From positions 6,847 through 70,846 of the forward strand of contig CAIWSB010000055.1 in assembly GCA_903915225.1 (NCBI GenBank): 64,000 nt of DNA, given 5' to 3'. Shown here piece by piece: positions 19,559-28,885 of this stretch (the first letter of the stretch is position 1; each line of letters opens with the position of its first letter). Under the pieces are notes generated by a model. The model saw only the letters and a program-made list of their open reading frames with translations. It searched no databases and was not told the origin of the DNA. Position numbers and translations under genes: made by a program. The DNA comes from an uncultured Candidatus Woesearchaeota archaeon. Lineage in GTDB: Archaea; Nanobdellota; Nanobdellia; Woesearchaeales; B29-G15.

Positions 19559-20458
19559 CTATGAGGATTTATAGCCAGAAAGCGCATTTTGAATCGAAGC
19601 CCTCTGCTCAGACCTCTTGCGGGAAAGGTACTGCTCAGGGTTTTCGATTTCATTTGATGATACCCTGAATATGCTCTCATCCTTTGCCCGCATCCTTCTA
19701 AGTGTCTCAGGATCCTTTATGTCAACACCTGGCTTCAACGGGTTTAGTGCCAGGTCAAGCGCTGCACGTTGCGAAACCATCCTACTGACAAAGGCGAAGA
19801 ATACTTCCCCAGTGTAATAGCATTTGATATCAGGCGGGAACAAAGATTCAGCGTACGTCAATTTACTAGCAATCTCAGGATTCAGTTCCTTCCCATTAAC
19901 CTTGTTCACAAGAATCTGCACCTTTACCTGGACGAATTTTGAATAATCAGAATGCTCAGTATTGGGGTCATACAGGCTGTGCGAGAGATATTGAGCAAAA
20001 CCTTCTTCGACTAACTTGTAGACTCGGTTATGTGTGAGGGATAACCTGGAAAATGGACTCTTAAGTTGGCTCTGAATTCCCAGTGAATTTACTCTTTGGT
20101 GGGTAACTTCATGTGCGAGCATGCTCAGTTTTGTTGGTTCATCGGAATCCTTGAACTTTTCTGGATTGTAATATATAACATTAGGTACAGCATAATTAAC
20201 ACCGGCCACATAATCGCTACGGCCCATGTGCCTCTGCGCAACAAACCGGGCTGTGGTTTGGAATACAAATTTTGCCACTTTCCCAGGTTTCCTGCCAACT
20301 TTCTGTTCTAAATTTTCACCTAGCTGCCTGGCAAAATCCTGCTGAAACTGGTCGTTTGTCCTGACAGTAAGAGGAGCAAACTCAATCTCCCTGCCTAGTA
20401 ACTCGCATAAGAGCTTATCCACGCTCTCCTGTGCCTGCGGCAATAATTCCTCTATCAT
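19559..20458 (-). CDS. zincin-like metallopeptidase
   Basis: LAHEVTH followed by EEGFAQY (gluzincin-type third ligand) and YYTGEVF. Confidence 0.75.
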   Translation of the reverse strand: MIEELLPQAQESVDKLLCELLGREIEFAPLTVRTNDQFQQDFARQLGENLEQKVGRKPGKVAKFVFQTTARFVAQRHMGRSDYVAGVNYAVPNVIYYNPEKFKDSDEPTKLSMLAHEVTHQRVNSLGIQSQLKSPFSRLSLTHNRVYKLVEEGFAQYLSHSLYDPNTEHSDYSKFVQVKVQILVNKVNGKELNPEIASKLTYAESLFPPDIKCYYTGEVFFAFVSRMVSQRAALDLALNPLKPGVDIKDPETLRRMRAKDESIFRVSSNEIENPEQYLSRKRSEQRASIQNALSGYKSS

Positions 20459-20916
20459 TTCGACAGATACCCCTTAACAGCAGCACGGACCTGATCGGCA
20501 GAAGGAGGCTGTTGCTTTGGCTGAGCGGAATATTTAGCGTGGACTCTCTCAAAAAGCTTTCTCGGCTCGGCCTTGCGCCCGCCTCCAATGTAATTTGCCA
20601 TTATCTCGCTATCCCTGACTACAGTCAGCTGCCACCAATCCAATCCAAGACTGTCTCTTACAATTTCAGTGTCAAGGCAGGATGATATTTCTGAATAGCC
20701 TGTTGTGATGACATCCAGGGTGATATCCCCTGGCAGTGTAATTTGGCAGGCATATGCCGGTGCCGGACCTCTCATGTCTGGATTTATATCGTTGACTTTC
20801 TCCCACTTTGGATTGGCCTTTTTAATAAGCTTTAGGACATCACCCAAATCAAGCCCCTCCACAACCCTGAATACTAGCTTTTCAGTTAGCAAATCAAAAA
20901 GCCTTTTCTCATCCAT
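20455..20916 (-). CDS. hypothetical PAYAC-family protein, copy 2
   Basis: NPKW...PAYACQITLPGDITLD...WQLTV; GGTGATTGAAATG start. Confidence 0.8.
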   Translation of the reverse strand: MDEKRLFDLLTEKLVFRVVEGLDLGDVLKLIKKANPKWEKVNDINPDMRGPAPAYACQITLPGDITLDVITTGYSEISSCLDTEIVRDSLGLDWWQLTVVRDSEIMANYIGGGRKAEPRKLFERVHAKYSAQPKQQPPSADQVRAAVKGYLSK

Positions 20917-20929
20917 TTCAATCACCTTC

Positions 20930-21418
20930 TCAAACCAGCCTGTCAAGGGTCTTGTAGGAGTGCTCGACTGCATTTTGCGATAAAGCATCCTGCAGCTTCC
21001 CAACAATTGAATACCCTCGTTCCTTAAACTCACCGTTGACATCCACTGTCAAATGATACTCTCTTCTCTTTATTACTGTGCGGATAACTATCTTGCTTTG
21101 ATTTTGCCCGTTATATAGGGTATTGTGAAAATCAAAAGGAATCTTGCCTCCGCTCAACATAATGCTCAGCCTTGACCCGAGCCCTGGGCCTATAATAGAC
21201 TCAATCAATCTCCGCTTATATGCTGAAAAACTCTCATCATCCTTTGGAGTCACGAAACGTTCGAGCAGCTCCTGATTGATATCAAGAAGCCCGCGAAAAT
21301 CATGTGAGCACTGGCTTTTCTCAATTGCCTCCTTTGCTGAATTAATTGCCTTGGCAATCTGCCCCCAATTACCCTTTGCGATTATCCGATACTCCGTGCC
21401 CATTGCTTTTCTTTTCAT
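20930..21418 (-). CDS. hypothetical protein
   Basis: 162 aa; first gene of an operon, after a TATA box. Confidence 0.7.
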   Translation of the reverse strand: MKRKAMGTEYRIIAKGNWGQIAKAINSAKEAIEKSQCSHDFRGLLDINQELLERFVTPKDDESFSAYKRRLIESIIGPGLGSRLSIMLSGGKIPFDFHNTLYNGQNQSKIVIRTVIKRREYHLTVDVNGEFKERGYSIVGKLQDALSQNAVEHSYKTLDRLV

Positions 21419-21462
21419 GGCATAGACAGAAAAAGAAGAGATTTATAAAGCTTTGGGAATTG

Positions 21463-21482
21463 TTACAACTTTAGAGTAGGTA
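21463..21482. promoter_or_regulatory. 8-4-8 palindrome, site 4
   Basis: TTACAACT-TTAG-AGTAGGTA, 15 bp from TTTATAAA; abuts the stop at 21483. Confidence 0.6.
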
Positions 21483-21938
21483 TTATTTTGGATTGATTGT
21501 TTTCCCTATCACCTTGTAGATTTGTTGTGAATCATTGAGCCGTTGGGAAATGTAATCCTCAAGAGGCATATTCACCAGCTCAAACAGCTCAGTGATGATG
21601 TTATCCAGGTATCCAGCAATGGAAATTCCCCTGCGATTATACAGGCGAACGTCATGAGCCCATTTCTCCGGCTCAGGGATAACCACAAGACTTTCATGGG
21701 CAAATGCAGTCTTCATGGCCAATTCTTCCTCTTCTGAAAGCCCCTCACTGTACATCTCGCCAACAAACCTCCCGGAGCCATTGTAATTATGCTGGGCGCA
21801 GAACTTAACGCGGAGCCCATTATGGCTGAACCTGAACCAGTAGCCGTTCGTATCAATCGTTGAAGTAACGCCAAGCCCACGCAGGCGAGCCTCAATATTC
21901 CCTACCATTTCATCCATCTCATCGAAAAATTGTTCCAT
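21483..21938 (-). CDS. hypothetical protein
   Basis: 151 aa ORF with TATA upstream. Confidence 0.7.
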   Translation of the reverse strand: MEQFFDEMDEMVGNIEARLRGLGVTSTIDTNGYWFRFSHNGLRVKFCAQHNYNGSGRFVGEMYSEGLSEEEELAMKTAFAHESLVVIPEPEKWAHDVRLYNRRGISIAGYLDNIITELFELVNMPLEDYISQRLNDSQQIYKVIGKTINPK

Positions 21939-21990
21939 GAATGAAGAAAGGCAGGGTTATTAAAAGGGATTTAGCCTAACCTGTTAGGGT

Positions 21991-22047
21991 TTATTTGCAG
22001 AACTCGCGGTTCATAACATTAATCTCAGCTTTGCGGAGGTGTTCTGA
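21991..22047 (-). pseudogene. orphan copy of the 3' end of the HTH gene 22458..23093
   Basis: Reads SEHLRKAEINVMNREFCK* versus AEHLRKAEIKVMSREFCK*; no in-frame ATG upstream. Confidence 0.85.
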
Positions 22048-22103
22048 AAAATCTGGGGATATTTTGTTAACCCGATTGAACGCATCATCTTGTTACGGTA
22101 ATA

Positions 22104-22123
22104 TTACTACTGTATAATAACAA
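22104..22123. promoter_or_regulatory. 8-4-8 palindrome, site 5
   Basis: TTACTACT-GTAT-AATAACAA, 13 bp before TTTATAAA. Confidence 0.65.
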
Positions 22124-22164
22124 AAAAGGAAATATTTATAAACTCAAGCCAATTTCCTCAACCT

Positions 22165-22395
22165 ATGAAAATCAATGAGTTTTTCAGGCGACATTTTGGT
22201 GCAGTAAAAGGATTGGAGCAAATCCAAGGTCTAGCAGATCATATGGATAGGTTTTTCCAAGAGCAGAGCAGAAATCCTATCTATGACCCAGCAATGGCGG
22301 AAGCTATTGCGCGAAGAATGGATGAGAGACAAGTTGTACTTGATAGATTGAGAACAGAGTACGCCACAAAAGTTTCTGAATCTTATGCCCATTGA
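22165..22395 (+). CDS. small hypothetical helical protein
   Basis: 76 aa; ATG ~25 bp after TATA. Confidence 0.65.
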   Translation: MKINEFFRRHFGAVKGLEQIQGLADHMDRFFQEQSRNPIYDPAMAEAIARRMDERQVVLDRLRTEYATKVSESYAH

Positions 22396-22457
22396 TTCCC
22401 TCTGAATCTTTAGCTGTAAGATAGGGGAAAGGATATTAAGTTCTACAGATTAAAAGC

Positions 22458-23093
22458 TTATTTGCAGAATTCCCTGCTCATGACCTTTATCTCAGCCTTG
22501 CGGAGGTGCTCAGCAATTGTCACCTTGCTGAGCTTAAGCCGGGCAGCAAGCCCGCTCAAAGAAATCTTGCGCGGCCACTTGTAGTATCCCAAATCCAGAG
22601 CCATCTGCAAAACCCTGTCCTGCATGGCAGACAAATTAAATCCATCAAAGGTGGATTTCTTGACATGGACCAGCTTGAAATCCCCAAAAGTGGAGACCTC
22701 CTCCAGGGCTTTCCTAATCGCACTCTTCCTGGGCGCAGCAATGGTCCAGACCTCATAGCCCTGAAACAATGGAACTTTATTAAAAACAAAGCACTTGTGC
22801 TTTAGCACAGTGTGCACAATGGACTTAATATCACTTGTATTAGTGAAAACCTGAATCAGCATCCTCTCAGGCGATTCCTGGAGAATCTCAACCTTCTTAA
22901 TCAGTTTATTAGATAAAAAATATTTCTTTATCGGCCCAGCCTCTCTTTTATCAGCAAGAATTACTTCAGTTATATCCTGCACAAAACCATTATCCAGGCT
23001 AATTGTGTTATGCGTAACAAACCTGCTCTTAAACCTGCGCAGGCCATTGCTCCAGCAGCCCTTATGCTTCAGCCTGAATTTTGCCTCAAACAT
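22458..23093 (-). CDS. bacterio-opsin activator-type (HTH_10) transcriptional regulator
   Basis: LSAMQDRVLQMALDLGYYKWPRKISLSGLA...AEHLRKAE; N-terminal HxGCW. Confidence 0.88.
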   Translation of the reverse strand: MFEAKFRLKHKGCWSNGLRRFKSRFVTHNTISLDNGFVQDITEVILADKREAGPIKKYFLSNKLIKKVEILQESPERMLIQVFTNTSDIKSIVHTVLKHKCFVFNKVPLFQGYEVWTIAAPRKSAIRKALEEVSTFGDFKLVHVKKSTFDGFNLSAMQDRVLQMALDLGYYKWPRKISLSGLAARLKLSKVTIAEHLRKAEIKVMSREFCK

Positions 23094-23174
23094 TGTGTGG
23101 ATTAGATGTTGTCATTATTTATACTTTACTAAGGCAGGCCAATGTTAATATCATTAAGGCTATTTGAAGAAATG

Positions 23175-23194
23175 TTACTATCTAATAATAGTAA
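23175..23194. promoter_or_regulatory. 8-4-8 palindrome, site 6
   Basis: TTACTATC-TAAT-AATAGTAA (7-bp perfect inverted repeat), 14 bp before TCTTAAAT. Confidence 0.7.
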
Positions 23195-23236
23195 AAATAG
23201 ATAGATTCTTAAATCCCCTCAAATCCCTCCAAAGCT

Positions 23237-24334
23237 ATGGTCAGTTTCCGTTGCCATAAAACTGTAAAGGAGCACCTGCAGGTTTGGGTCCAGAAACCAC
23301 GCAGCTACCGCCATTTCGTGCTTGAGGATCTCATGGAAGTTGCGGCAGAGTCCTTGGGAGTGGATATATTCTTCAGACCAGAAAACCTTCCAGACAGCAA
23401 ATATTTCAAACGGGCAGAATCATATCTGCTAGAGAAAGGAGACAAAAAAGCAGTGGTGCGCCTAATCAGGCAAAACGGCAAAATACTGCAAGGCAGCGTG
23501 AGAATTCCCCTGAAGGTCTCAAGCAAAAGGCAGGTTTTTGTGATAAAGCCATATGACGAATATAACCCAGAGCTGGAAAGGGAAGTCCTGCAGAGAGTAT
23601 CTGGGAAGCTCGCCCCCAGGGTGCTACATTTCGGAAGCGAATTTTACTCAGAGGAGCTTGTTGACTTCAAAAGGTACACTGACCTTTTCACAAGGGCAAT
23701 AGCAACAGGCGCATTCGGCAAGGAAAAGGTGCAGGAGCTTTGGGATTACTGCTTCGGTAAAAATGCTTTTGACTACAATACCAGAGACAAACTAATGCAG
23801 GAGATGGCAGAAAAAGTGGCTGGCATCGTGAGGGAGGGCGGAACAATCCATGGGAAGCTTGCTCAGCTAGGGGTTGTGTACAGCCACAACCACTGGCTTG
23901 ATGAGTTCCACACAGCAGATGGCTGCGAGCCAGTAATCACAGATTTCGGAACATCTTACCTGTTCATCACACCTGAAGAGGTTGAGGCAGACCTGAAAAA
24001 ATCGAGCGCAGAGCTTGAACAGATGGATGAATCTCCGGAAACAAGGGATGCCTACTTTGCCTTGTCAGACAGGGTTGACAGGATGAGCAAATTCGAGCAA
24101 GGCTACAGGATGACTAACAGACTCCCTGCAAGATTCTGGGATCTTAAAGGGGAGAGGCGTGAAGTCCTCGAGCAGGACCGTGCGCTGGCAGTCAACCTGG
24201 ACATGGCCATGCAGTCCTCATGGGAAGGCATAAGCTCTTTCTTCGAAGAGGTTGCAGTTGGCTCAGGCCTGGACTACACGAACATTGTCTGGCAGGATTT
24301 CCAGGATGGGTTTATGGAAGGGTATTTCTCATAG
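23237..24334 (+). CDS. atypical protein-kinase-fold protein
   Basis: VFVIK, helix-C Glu (LEREVL), APRV and VITDFG; catalytic loop YSHNHWLDEF is non-canonical. Confidence 0.6.
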   Translation: MVSFRCHKTVKEHLQVWVQKPRSYRHFVLEDLMEVAAESLGVDIFFRPENLPDSKYFKRAESYLLEKGDKKAVVRLIRQNGKILQGSVRIPLKVSSKRQVFVIKPYDEYNPELEREVLQRVSGKLAPRVLHFGSEFYSEELVDFKRYTDLFTRAIATGAFGKEKVQELWDYCFGKNAFDYNTRDKLMQEMAEKVAGIVREGGTIHGKLAQLGVVYSHNHWLDEFHTADGCEPVITDFGTSYLFITPEEVEADLKKSSAELEQMDESPETRDAYFALSDRVDRMSKFEQGYRMTNRLPARFWDLKGERREVLEQDRALAVNLDMAMQSSWEGISSFFEEVAVGSGLDYTNIVWQDFQDGFMEGYFS

Positions 24335-24343
24335 CGCCCCATT

Positions 24344-24982
24344 TTATTTCTTTGCGATGTCTTCTGGAACATACCTCCAGGGAACCTCAATCGTACGGTC
24401 ATTGACTGCATTGCCAATTGCCTGCTCGAGGCTGTCAGCATAGCCAATTTTCCTTATCTTATACCCCCATGGGCTGCTGTCAGGATACTGGGGCGAGCCT
24501 GTGAAAGTGGTTGTATCTATGTAAAATCCACCAGAGGGCAGCGCCAACTGCTGGATAGTGATGGTATAGCCCCGGTTCTGCCAGGTTGCGCTCTGGCCTG
24601 TCCTCCTCACCTGCTCCACCAGGTCAAGGGGGACACTAACTTTGACCCTATCAGTCAGCTCAGCTACAAACCTGCCCCTGCCGAAATATGCATCAAACTT
24701 GCTGTTGTCATCATGCAGCCATTGGTTCAGGTGGGCCATTGAGCCGGGGACTCCAGTACTGCTCCGCAGCAACCCCAATAATACCATGAACGGGTTTAAT
24801 TTGGTTATGCATCCCTCATTTGCCCGCGTGAGCGCAGCCACAACATCTGGCTCATACCCATACCCAATCTCTTGCCCGTGACCAACTACGCGGATGACCT
24901 TATCGCCATCATCCTCAAACCCATGCAGCGAGTACCCCTTACGCAGCGCCTCCTCAATTCCAGACAGGTCCATTTTCGCCAC
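24344..24982 (-). CDS. hypothetical protein, LHGF family copy 3
   Basis: KMxLSGIExALxxGxxLHGF, TGQSATW and GYT shared among three tandem genes. Confidence 0.85.
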   Translation of the reverse strand: MAKMDLSGIEEALRKGYSLHGFEDDGDKVIRVVGHGQEIGYGYEPDVVAALTRANEGCITKLNPFMVLLGLLRSSTGVPGSMAHLNQWLHDDNSKFDAYFGRGRFVAELTDRVKVSVPLDLVEQVRRTGQSATWQNRGYTITIQQLALPSGGFYIDTTTFTGSPQYPDSSPWGYKIRKIGYADSLEQAIGNAVNDRTIEVPWRYVPEDIAKK

Positions 24983-25031
24983 CCCTCATAATTCACCAAA
25001 TGAATCCTCACACTACATCTGGCAATCTTCC

Positions 25032-25637
25032 TCATGGCCACGGCACCCCCAATGGCTCTGCATCAAGCGCTTTCTCCATCGCCTCCTCAAGGCTCCCCGC
25101 GCGGCCCAGCCTCACCACAGTGTAAGGCCACGGGTTGTCGCCCCGAGGCGTGCGAATCATGTCTGCAACAACATCCAGCTCGCCATTCCAGTATTTCGTT
25201 TGGTAGGCCTTGTATGTGTAGCCGTTGTCCTGCCAGGTTGCGCTCTGGCCAGTCCTCTCAACCTGCTCTTTTATGTCTTCAGGGATATTGGGAGACCCAA
25301 AGCACCTCAGCTCAACTACAAAGTCATCCTGTTCATTCCACGCGACCATCGTGTTGGTCGCCAGTATCCAATCATCAATCCTGCTGCATGACTTTACAGC
25401 GCCAGTCAGATATTCCGGCTTGGATGCCCGGTAAAACAGCTTTCCGCGGGCAAGATAATCCTTGCTGGCCTCAATTAGGGCGTCATCATAAAAAGGGCCT
25501 TCGCCGTATCCCACGAGCTTGTCTTTCTTCTCAATGCGTGCGACCCTGATGCAGAGGCCTGCCTGGAATCCATGCAGAGTGCAACCGTCACGTAAAGCCT
25601 TCTCAATCCCAGATAGTTTCATTTTCTCCACCCCCAT
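25032..25637 (-). CDS. hypothetical protein, LHGF family copy 2
   Basis: Same motifs as neighbours. Confidence 0.85.
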   Translation of the reverse strand: MGVEKMKLSGIEKALRDGCTLHGFQAGLCIRVARIEKKDKLVGYGEGPFYDDALIEASKDYLARGKLFYRASKPEYLTGAVKSCSRIDDWILATNTMVAWNEQDDFVVELRCFGSPNIPEDIKEQVERTGQSATWQDNGYTYKAYQTKYWNGELDVVADMIRTPRGDNPWPYTVVRLGRAGSLEEAMEKALDAEPLGVPWP

Positions 25638-25640
25638 TAT

Positions 25641-26258
25641 TTAGTCCTTTGAAATCTCCACGCTCTCAGCCTTGAGCGCATTTTCAATTGCCTCATCTAG
25701 TGTGTCAGCCTGCCCCCTCTTCATTATCTTGTAGAACCAAGCTCTGGAATAATCCGGGGCGTTCGGGAACCTAGTGACCTTTGCGCTCCAGCCAGGCTCG
25801 CCATTTGGGAACATTGTAAGATATATCTCGTATGTGTGACCCCTGTCTTCCCAAGTCTCAGATTGGCCTGTCTTCATAACTTTGTTAGTAATTTCTTCAG
25901 GAATCTCGACAACCCCAGTGCCATTTAGGTCCACAATAATGCTGCCCTGCTCGAAATATGCATCTATTGTGCGTCCCTTAAGCATCCAGGAATCCAATGG
26001 GCTTGCACCAGATGAGGAGCCTGTGAGGTAATGTGGCTTGAGCTTGCCATAGACCTCATCGTAAGGTCTGCCACCAGCCAGATAATCTTCGTTGGCATCA
26101 GAGAGCGCATCCTCAGCATGCGGCTGCTCGCCATAGCCCTTGAGCACCTTGTCCTGCTCGATGCGCATCACGCGCAAACCGCCTCCAGACAAAAACCCAT
26201 GCAACCTGCACCCTTCATGCAAAGACTTTTCGATTCCTGTTAGCTCCATTTTTCCCAC
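25641..26258 (-). CDS. hypothetical protein, LHGF family copy 1
   Basis: LHGFLSGGGLRV, GYGEQP, TGQSETW. Confidence 0.85.
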   Translation of the reverse strand: MGKMELTGIEKSLHEGCRLHGFLSGGGLRVMRIEQDKVLKGYGEQPHAEDALSDANEDYLAGGRPYDEVYGKLKPHYLTGSSSGASPLDSWMLKGRTIDAYFEQGSIIVDLNGTGVVEIPEEITNKVMKTGQSETWEDRGHTYEIYLTMFPNGEPGWSAKVTRFPNAPDYSRAWFYKIMKRGQADTLDEAIENALKAESVEISKD

Positions 26259-26410
26259 CTCATCTTTCTTTTTTTGGAAAAAGAAAATAGAAGGAGAAGC
26301 TAACTTATAAGCTTTACGTATAATAAACGCTAAGTTCGCCTAAAAAACCGAAATGATCAAATCTAAAGAGGATAGAAAGAATGCAAAAAAGTTAAAGCTG
26401 TCCGACTTAT

Positions 26411-26863
26411 TTATTCCAGGGGACGATAACCAGAAATCATCAGGAACCCAGAGCCTGCAAGCCGCATTGTCTCTTCCCTGCCAAACCCCATTGTGCTCCC
26501 TGAGATTATCTCCCACATGCCTAAAGTCTTACCCAGGGCCATGACACGAAGTGCCCCTTCCTGCTCCAATCCAAGATTAGGCGCAAGCTCAATGTAGCTC
26601 GGCCCACCTGCAAGCCTCTCGGGCTGCGGATAGGCACGCAATAATTCTGCAAGCGTCCCCTTGTACTGCTCTGCCTTTGCCCGGTCAACAACAACATCAA
26701 CAAAGACCATGTCAACCTTGTCATAATTATCGCCAGCTGGCGCTGTGCCAGTATGGTCGTAGCCGAAGTACTGGACTACACCAGGGCTTTCCTCAATAGC
26801 ACTCCCTTTCCTGTAGATTGTTGTTGACTCATTGATGATTTGGCATAATTTGTCTGTGTCCAT
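26411..26863 (-). CDS. hypothetical protein
   Basis: 150 aa; RLAGGPSYIEL motif; TATA upstream. Confidence 0.75.
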   Translation of the reverse strand: MDTDKLCQIINESTTIYRKGSAIEESPGVVQYFGYDHTGTAPAGDNYDKVDMVFVDVVVDRAKAEQYKGTLAELLRAYPQPERLAGGPSYIELAPNLGLEQEGALRVMALGKTLGMWEIISGSTMGFGREETMRLAGSGFLMISGYRPLE

Positions 26864-26955
26864 GCAATACGTGAATGCAAGCGTATTTATATAATTTGTG
26901 TATCTAATACACTATTACACCTAAAAATTGAATTAAGAGGATAAAGATAAGAAAA

Positions 26956-27753
26956 CTAAAGAGTGCCCCAGTCTGCCAGTGTAATAACCCTCGGCTTTAG
27001 GTCTGCAACTTTGTCGCCAACTGTGTGCAGATGGGCAAGCCCCATAACTGCAACAAGGGTTCCTTCACCAGTGTACAATTCCCGAATCCTGCCAGCCATG
27101 GCCGCATCACGGGCTGGATTGTAAATCTTCTGAATTGTCTGGATGGCCTCGGGGGGCATGATCGTCTTCAATTCCTCAACCTGGGTTGGGTCTGACATCA
27201 TCCTATACAATTCCGCCATAGCTTCCGCATTTTCATAAATAAGAGAGAATGAGCTAGCGATAGTGTCAAGATATGCATCAGCACCCTTATCCAATTGCTC
27301 CAGCATGGGCTTTACAAGCTCAGGGTTTTTGGCAATCTCCTTCAGACTGGCTTTCATCATTGCTATGTAACCATTTGAAAACTCCTGAACCTGCTCCGGT
27401 TCATATAAAGTAATATCAATGTATTCAATCCTTGAACCAGGTTTCTTGCTCACATAATCTCTGCTTGTCCTTAATTCGAAGCAATTCGCAGTTGCCATTA
27501 CTCGCGCGCATTCAACAATCGCTGCGCTCTGCCTTGGATTCAGCGGAAGCCCTGCCTCGGCAAACATATTGACAAGAGTTTTTCCCTCTTCTTCAGGGGA
27601 CATCATGGGTGCAGATGCGAGCATCTTTTCCCTTTTCTTATCGAATTCGAGAGCGAGAATTGAGGGTGAAGCCTTTTCAAGGATGTATTCTAGCTTCTGA
27701 CTACCTTGCAAATCATAGTGCACGGTCCCCACAAGTATAAGTTCTGACGCCAT
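26956..27753 (-). CDS. TraB/GumN/TIKI-superfamily protein
   Basis: LVGTVH, LALE, RDAAMA and VMGLAHL pattern. Confidence 0.7.
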   Translation of the reverse strand: MASELILVGTVHYDLQGSQKLEYILEKASPSILALEFDKKREKMLASAPMMSPEEEGKTLVNMFAEAGLPLNPRQSAAIVECARVMATANCFELRTSRDYVSKKPGSRIEYIDITLYEPEQVQEFSNGYIAMMKASLKEIAKNPELVKPMLEQLDKGADAYLDTIASSFSLIYENAEAMAELYRMMSDPTQVEELKTIMPPEAIQTIQKIYNPARDAAMAGRIRELYTGEGTLVAVMGLAHLHTVGDKVADLKPRVITLADWGTL

Positions 27754-27755
27754 TT

Positions 27756-28241
27756 TCAGTGCTGCTCCAATAAATCCATCAGCGCCCTCTTATCGGGCTT
27801 AAATCTTGTGATTGAGATGTCCAAGGCTACGGAGTCCCTAACATATTGGGCTGCATCTGCGGATGAACAGTCGGCTAACTCCAGGGCGACCTTATACATT
27901 TCGATAGCGCCTTCAAATGTGCAATAGTCTAATGCCTGATCTGCAACATACATTGCCAACACACCATACGCATCGCTGTCATTTAATTTCACGGCGACCC
28001 TCTGCAAGGCTAGCAACCCATCGACTTTTCCATCAATGAAGTTGTTGTCAAACCAGTGCATATGTTCCAGGGCTGTCTGGGCCAAAGACACAAGATTAGC
28101 CTTACCCAAATTCTCGTCCTCATCCATCACAGCAGAATATGCCTGCAGGGCCTTATCAATGCAATTGGCCTGATCATATCTATCTTTGAGAACCTCAGCC
28201 TCCCATCTCTTCCCTTCGCTTAACATCTGCTGGTTTGCCAT
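27756..28241 (-). CDS. hypothetical helical protein, paralog of 14628..15092
   Basis: GKRWE...ADQA...YVR shared; ATG at 28241. Confidence 0.75.
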   Translation of the reverse strand: MANQQMLSEGKRWEAEVLKDRYDQANCIDKALQAYSAVMDEDENLGKANLVSLAQTALEHMHWFDNNFIDGKVDGLLALQRVAVKLNDSDAYGVLAMYVADQALDYCTFEGAIEMYKVALELADCSSADAAQYVRDSVALDISITRFKPDKRALMDLLEQH

Positions 28242-28251
28242 TTTGGTTGCT

Positions 28252-28743
28252 TCAATTAATTTCTCCAGCCAAATACTGGACGACAATTCTCCTAGTCCTT
28301 TCAGCACCAGGCTCCTCATCCAACGAATTCTGGTCCTTATATCTGTTCTCAACTGCATCAAAGAGGTCCTTTACTGGCGAAGTAGGGAATTGCCCGTTGT
28401 CCTTTAGGTTGGTCCTAATCTCATCACCCTCGGCCACAATCAGCTGCCATTGGCATAATCTATAGCTCCCTTTTGAGGGTTGCGCAGGGCCCTCTTGTGC
28501 CTTCCTTTTCTCGCCGGGGCTTATGTCTTCCATATATTCGGTGTATCCCACCAGAACTATATCCAATGTTATCTCACCTGGCAATTCAATCTGGCATGCA
28601 TATGCGGGGCCAGCTGCACCCAAATTCACGCCACTTACCTTCTCCCATTCAGGGTCCTCTTTCTGCAAAAGGCCCTTAACGAGATCTATGTGCAAATCAC
28701 CTTTTTCTCCACTTTGTATTAATTCCTCAAGCCAGCTATCCAT
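28252..28743 (-). CDS. hypothetical PAYAC-family protein, copy 3
   Basis: DPEW...PAYACQIELPGEITLD...WQLIV; GTGATTGAAATG start. Confidence 0.8.
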   Translation of the reverse strand: MDSWLEELIQSGEKGDLHIDLVKGLLQKEDPEWEKVSGVNLGAAGPAYACQIELPGEITLDIVLVGYTEYMEDISPGEKRKAQEGPAQPSKGSYRLCQWQLIVAEGDEIRTNLKDNGQFPTSPVKDLFDAVENRYKDQNSLDEEPGAERTRRIVVQYLAGEIN

Positions 28744-28832
28744 TTCAATCACTCCTCACAATTTTAAGTGCAGCAATGATACTGCATCCATCGACTATTA
28801 GAATTAGGGTATATTTAAAAATATTCGCATTT

Positions 28833-28852
28833 TGACTACTTCAGAGTTGTTA
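28833..28852. promoter_or_regulatory. 8-4-8 palindrome, site 7
   Basis: TGACTACT-TCAG-AGTTGTTA, 14 bp from TTTTAAAT. Confidence 0.7.
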
Positions 28853-28885
28853 TAAAATAGACGTTTAAGGCAACTGCAGAAACCC

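Noticed and set aside
21974-21989. GCCTAAC-CT-GTTAGGG resembling integron attC R'' and R' boxes
   Set aside because: Only 2 bp separate the boxes, with no L boxes and no integrase; more likely a small hairpin or chance.
26314-26333. Possible extra palindrome upstream of the LHGF triplet (TAAACGCT-AAGT-TCGCCTAA)
   Set aside because: About the right distance from a TATA box but too few matches to the consensus.
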